Below are positions 6,829 through 7,199 of a stretch of 7,199 nt of DNA, in pieces. The position numbers were made by a program, and so were the translations under genes. The notes beneath the pieces were generated by a model that had not been told where the DNA came from, searched no databases, and saw only the letters and a list, made by a program, of their open reading frames with translations. This stretch comes from Octopus sinensis (lineage: Eukaryota): assembly GCF_006345805.1 (NCBI RefSeq), contig NW_021828914.1, forward strand, positions 1 through 7,199, read 5' to 3'. Within the stretch, counting starts at the first letter, position 1. Every line of letters starts with the position of its first letter.

Positions 6829-7060
6829 GGTAGCGAGCTGGCTGAATCGTCAGCGCGTCGGACAAAATGCTCAGCCTCAGCAACATTTTGTATCTCTCTT
6901 CACGTTCTAAGTTCGAATTCCGCCGAGGTCAACTTTGCTTTTCCTCCTGTCAGGGGGGGGGGGCAGTCGATAAAAGAAGTACCAGTTACGCACTGGGGTC
7001 GATGAAATCGACTTATCTGCTCCCTCAAAGTTTCAGGCTTTTTGCCTATAACAGAAAGGA
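6829..7060 (+). mobile_element. tRNA-derived SINE of a second family (copy 4), full length, with (CTA)n tail
   Basis: Starts GGTAGCGAGCTGGCTGAATCG with box A-like TGGCTGAATCG (6839-6849) and box B-like GTTCGAATTCC (6911-6921). The central module shares 13/15 and 11/11 blocks with copy 2. The 3' end ...GCCTATAACAGAAAGGA runs into a simple-repeat tail. Head and tail differ from copies 1/2. Resembles an abundant octopus SINE from memory; name not verified. Confidence 0.8.
6839..6921 (+). promoter_or_regulatory. RNA polymerase III internal promoter (box A-like / box B-like) of SINE copy 4
   Basis: TGGCTGAATCG and GTTCGAATTCC, separated by 61 nt that contain a stem-loop. Confidence 0.65.
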
Positions 7061-7186
7061 CTACTACTACTACTACTACTACTACCATTACTAATACTAC
7101 TACCATTACTACTACTACTACTACTACTACCATTACTACTACAACAACTACTACTGGTAGTAGTAGTAGTAGTGATAGTTGTTGTT
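7061..7186. repeat. (CTA)n SINE tail switching to complementary (TAG)n/(GTT)n
   Basis: CTA/CCATTA repeats at 7061-7154, then GTAGTAG... from 7157 and AGTTGTTGT at 7177-7185. Confidence 0.9.
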
Positions 7187-7199
7187 CTTAATATTGTTG

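Noticed and set aside
1900-6921. Possible tRNA genes at the three Pol III box pairs
   Set aside because: No complete cloverleaf or acceptor stem was found; each head continues into a SINE body and simple-repeat tail.
5855-7133. ORFs 5855-6349 (-), 5904-6248, 6611-6910, 6867-7094 and 6900-7133
   Set aside because: Each depends on TA, ATC or CTA repeats (poly-I/Y/V) and crosses element boundaries; no recognisable protein similarity.

Overview
No protein-coding gene, rRNA/tRNA gene or CRISPR array is supported. The window is AT-rich, microsatellite-saturated eukaryotic non-coding DNA. It is most likely octopus (inference: from memory, the SINEs resemble abundant Octopus tRNA-derived SINEs; not verified by search). 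Layout: (i) 1-~2430, a complex tandem repeat of ~80-bp conserved cores separated by variable CT/CTGT microsatellite spacers (base period ~200 bp); (ii) two minus-strand tRNA-headed SINEs (1373-1968, 2487-3083) carrying the same internal duplication, the first bracketed by a ~112-bp direct repeat; (iii) 3100-5400, compound microsatellites, including a twice-repeated GATA>GGTA>GGCA>GACA cycle; (iv) a diverged, headless 3' fragment of a related SINE (~5394-5635); (v) a ~520-bp complex, unclassified repeat-like block (6268-6786); (vi) a plus-strand tRNA-headed SINE of another family (6829-7060) with a (CTA)n tail ending in a fold-back. All listed ORFs look like microsatellite read-through. The best leads are retroposon biology (internally duplicated/chimeric SINE, possible very long target-site duplication, stem-loops shared across SINE families) and a tandem array of YY1/Pho-like sites. 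Alignments and counts were done by eye.
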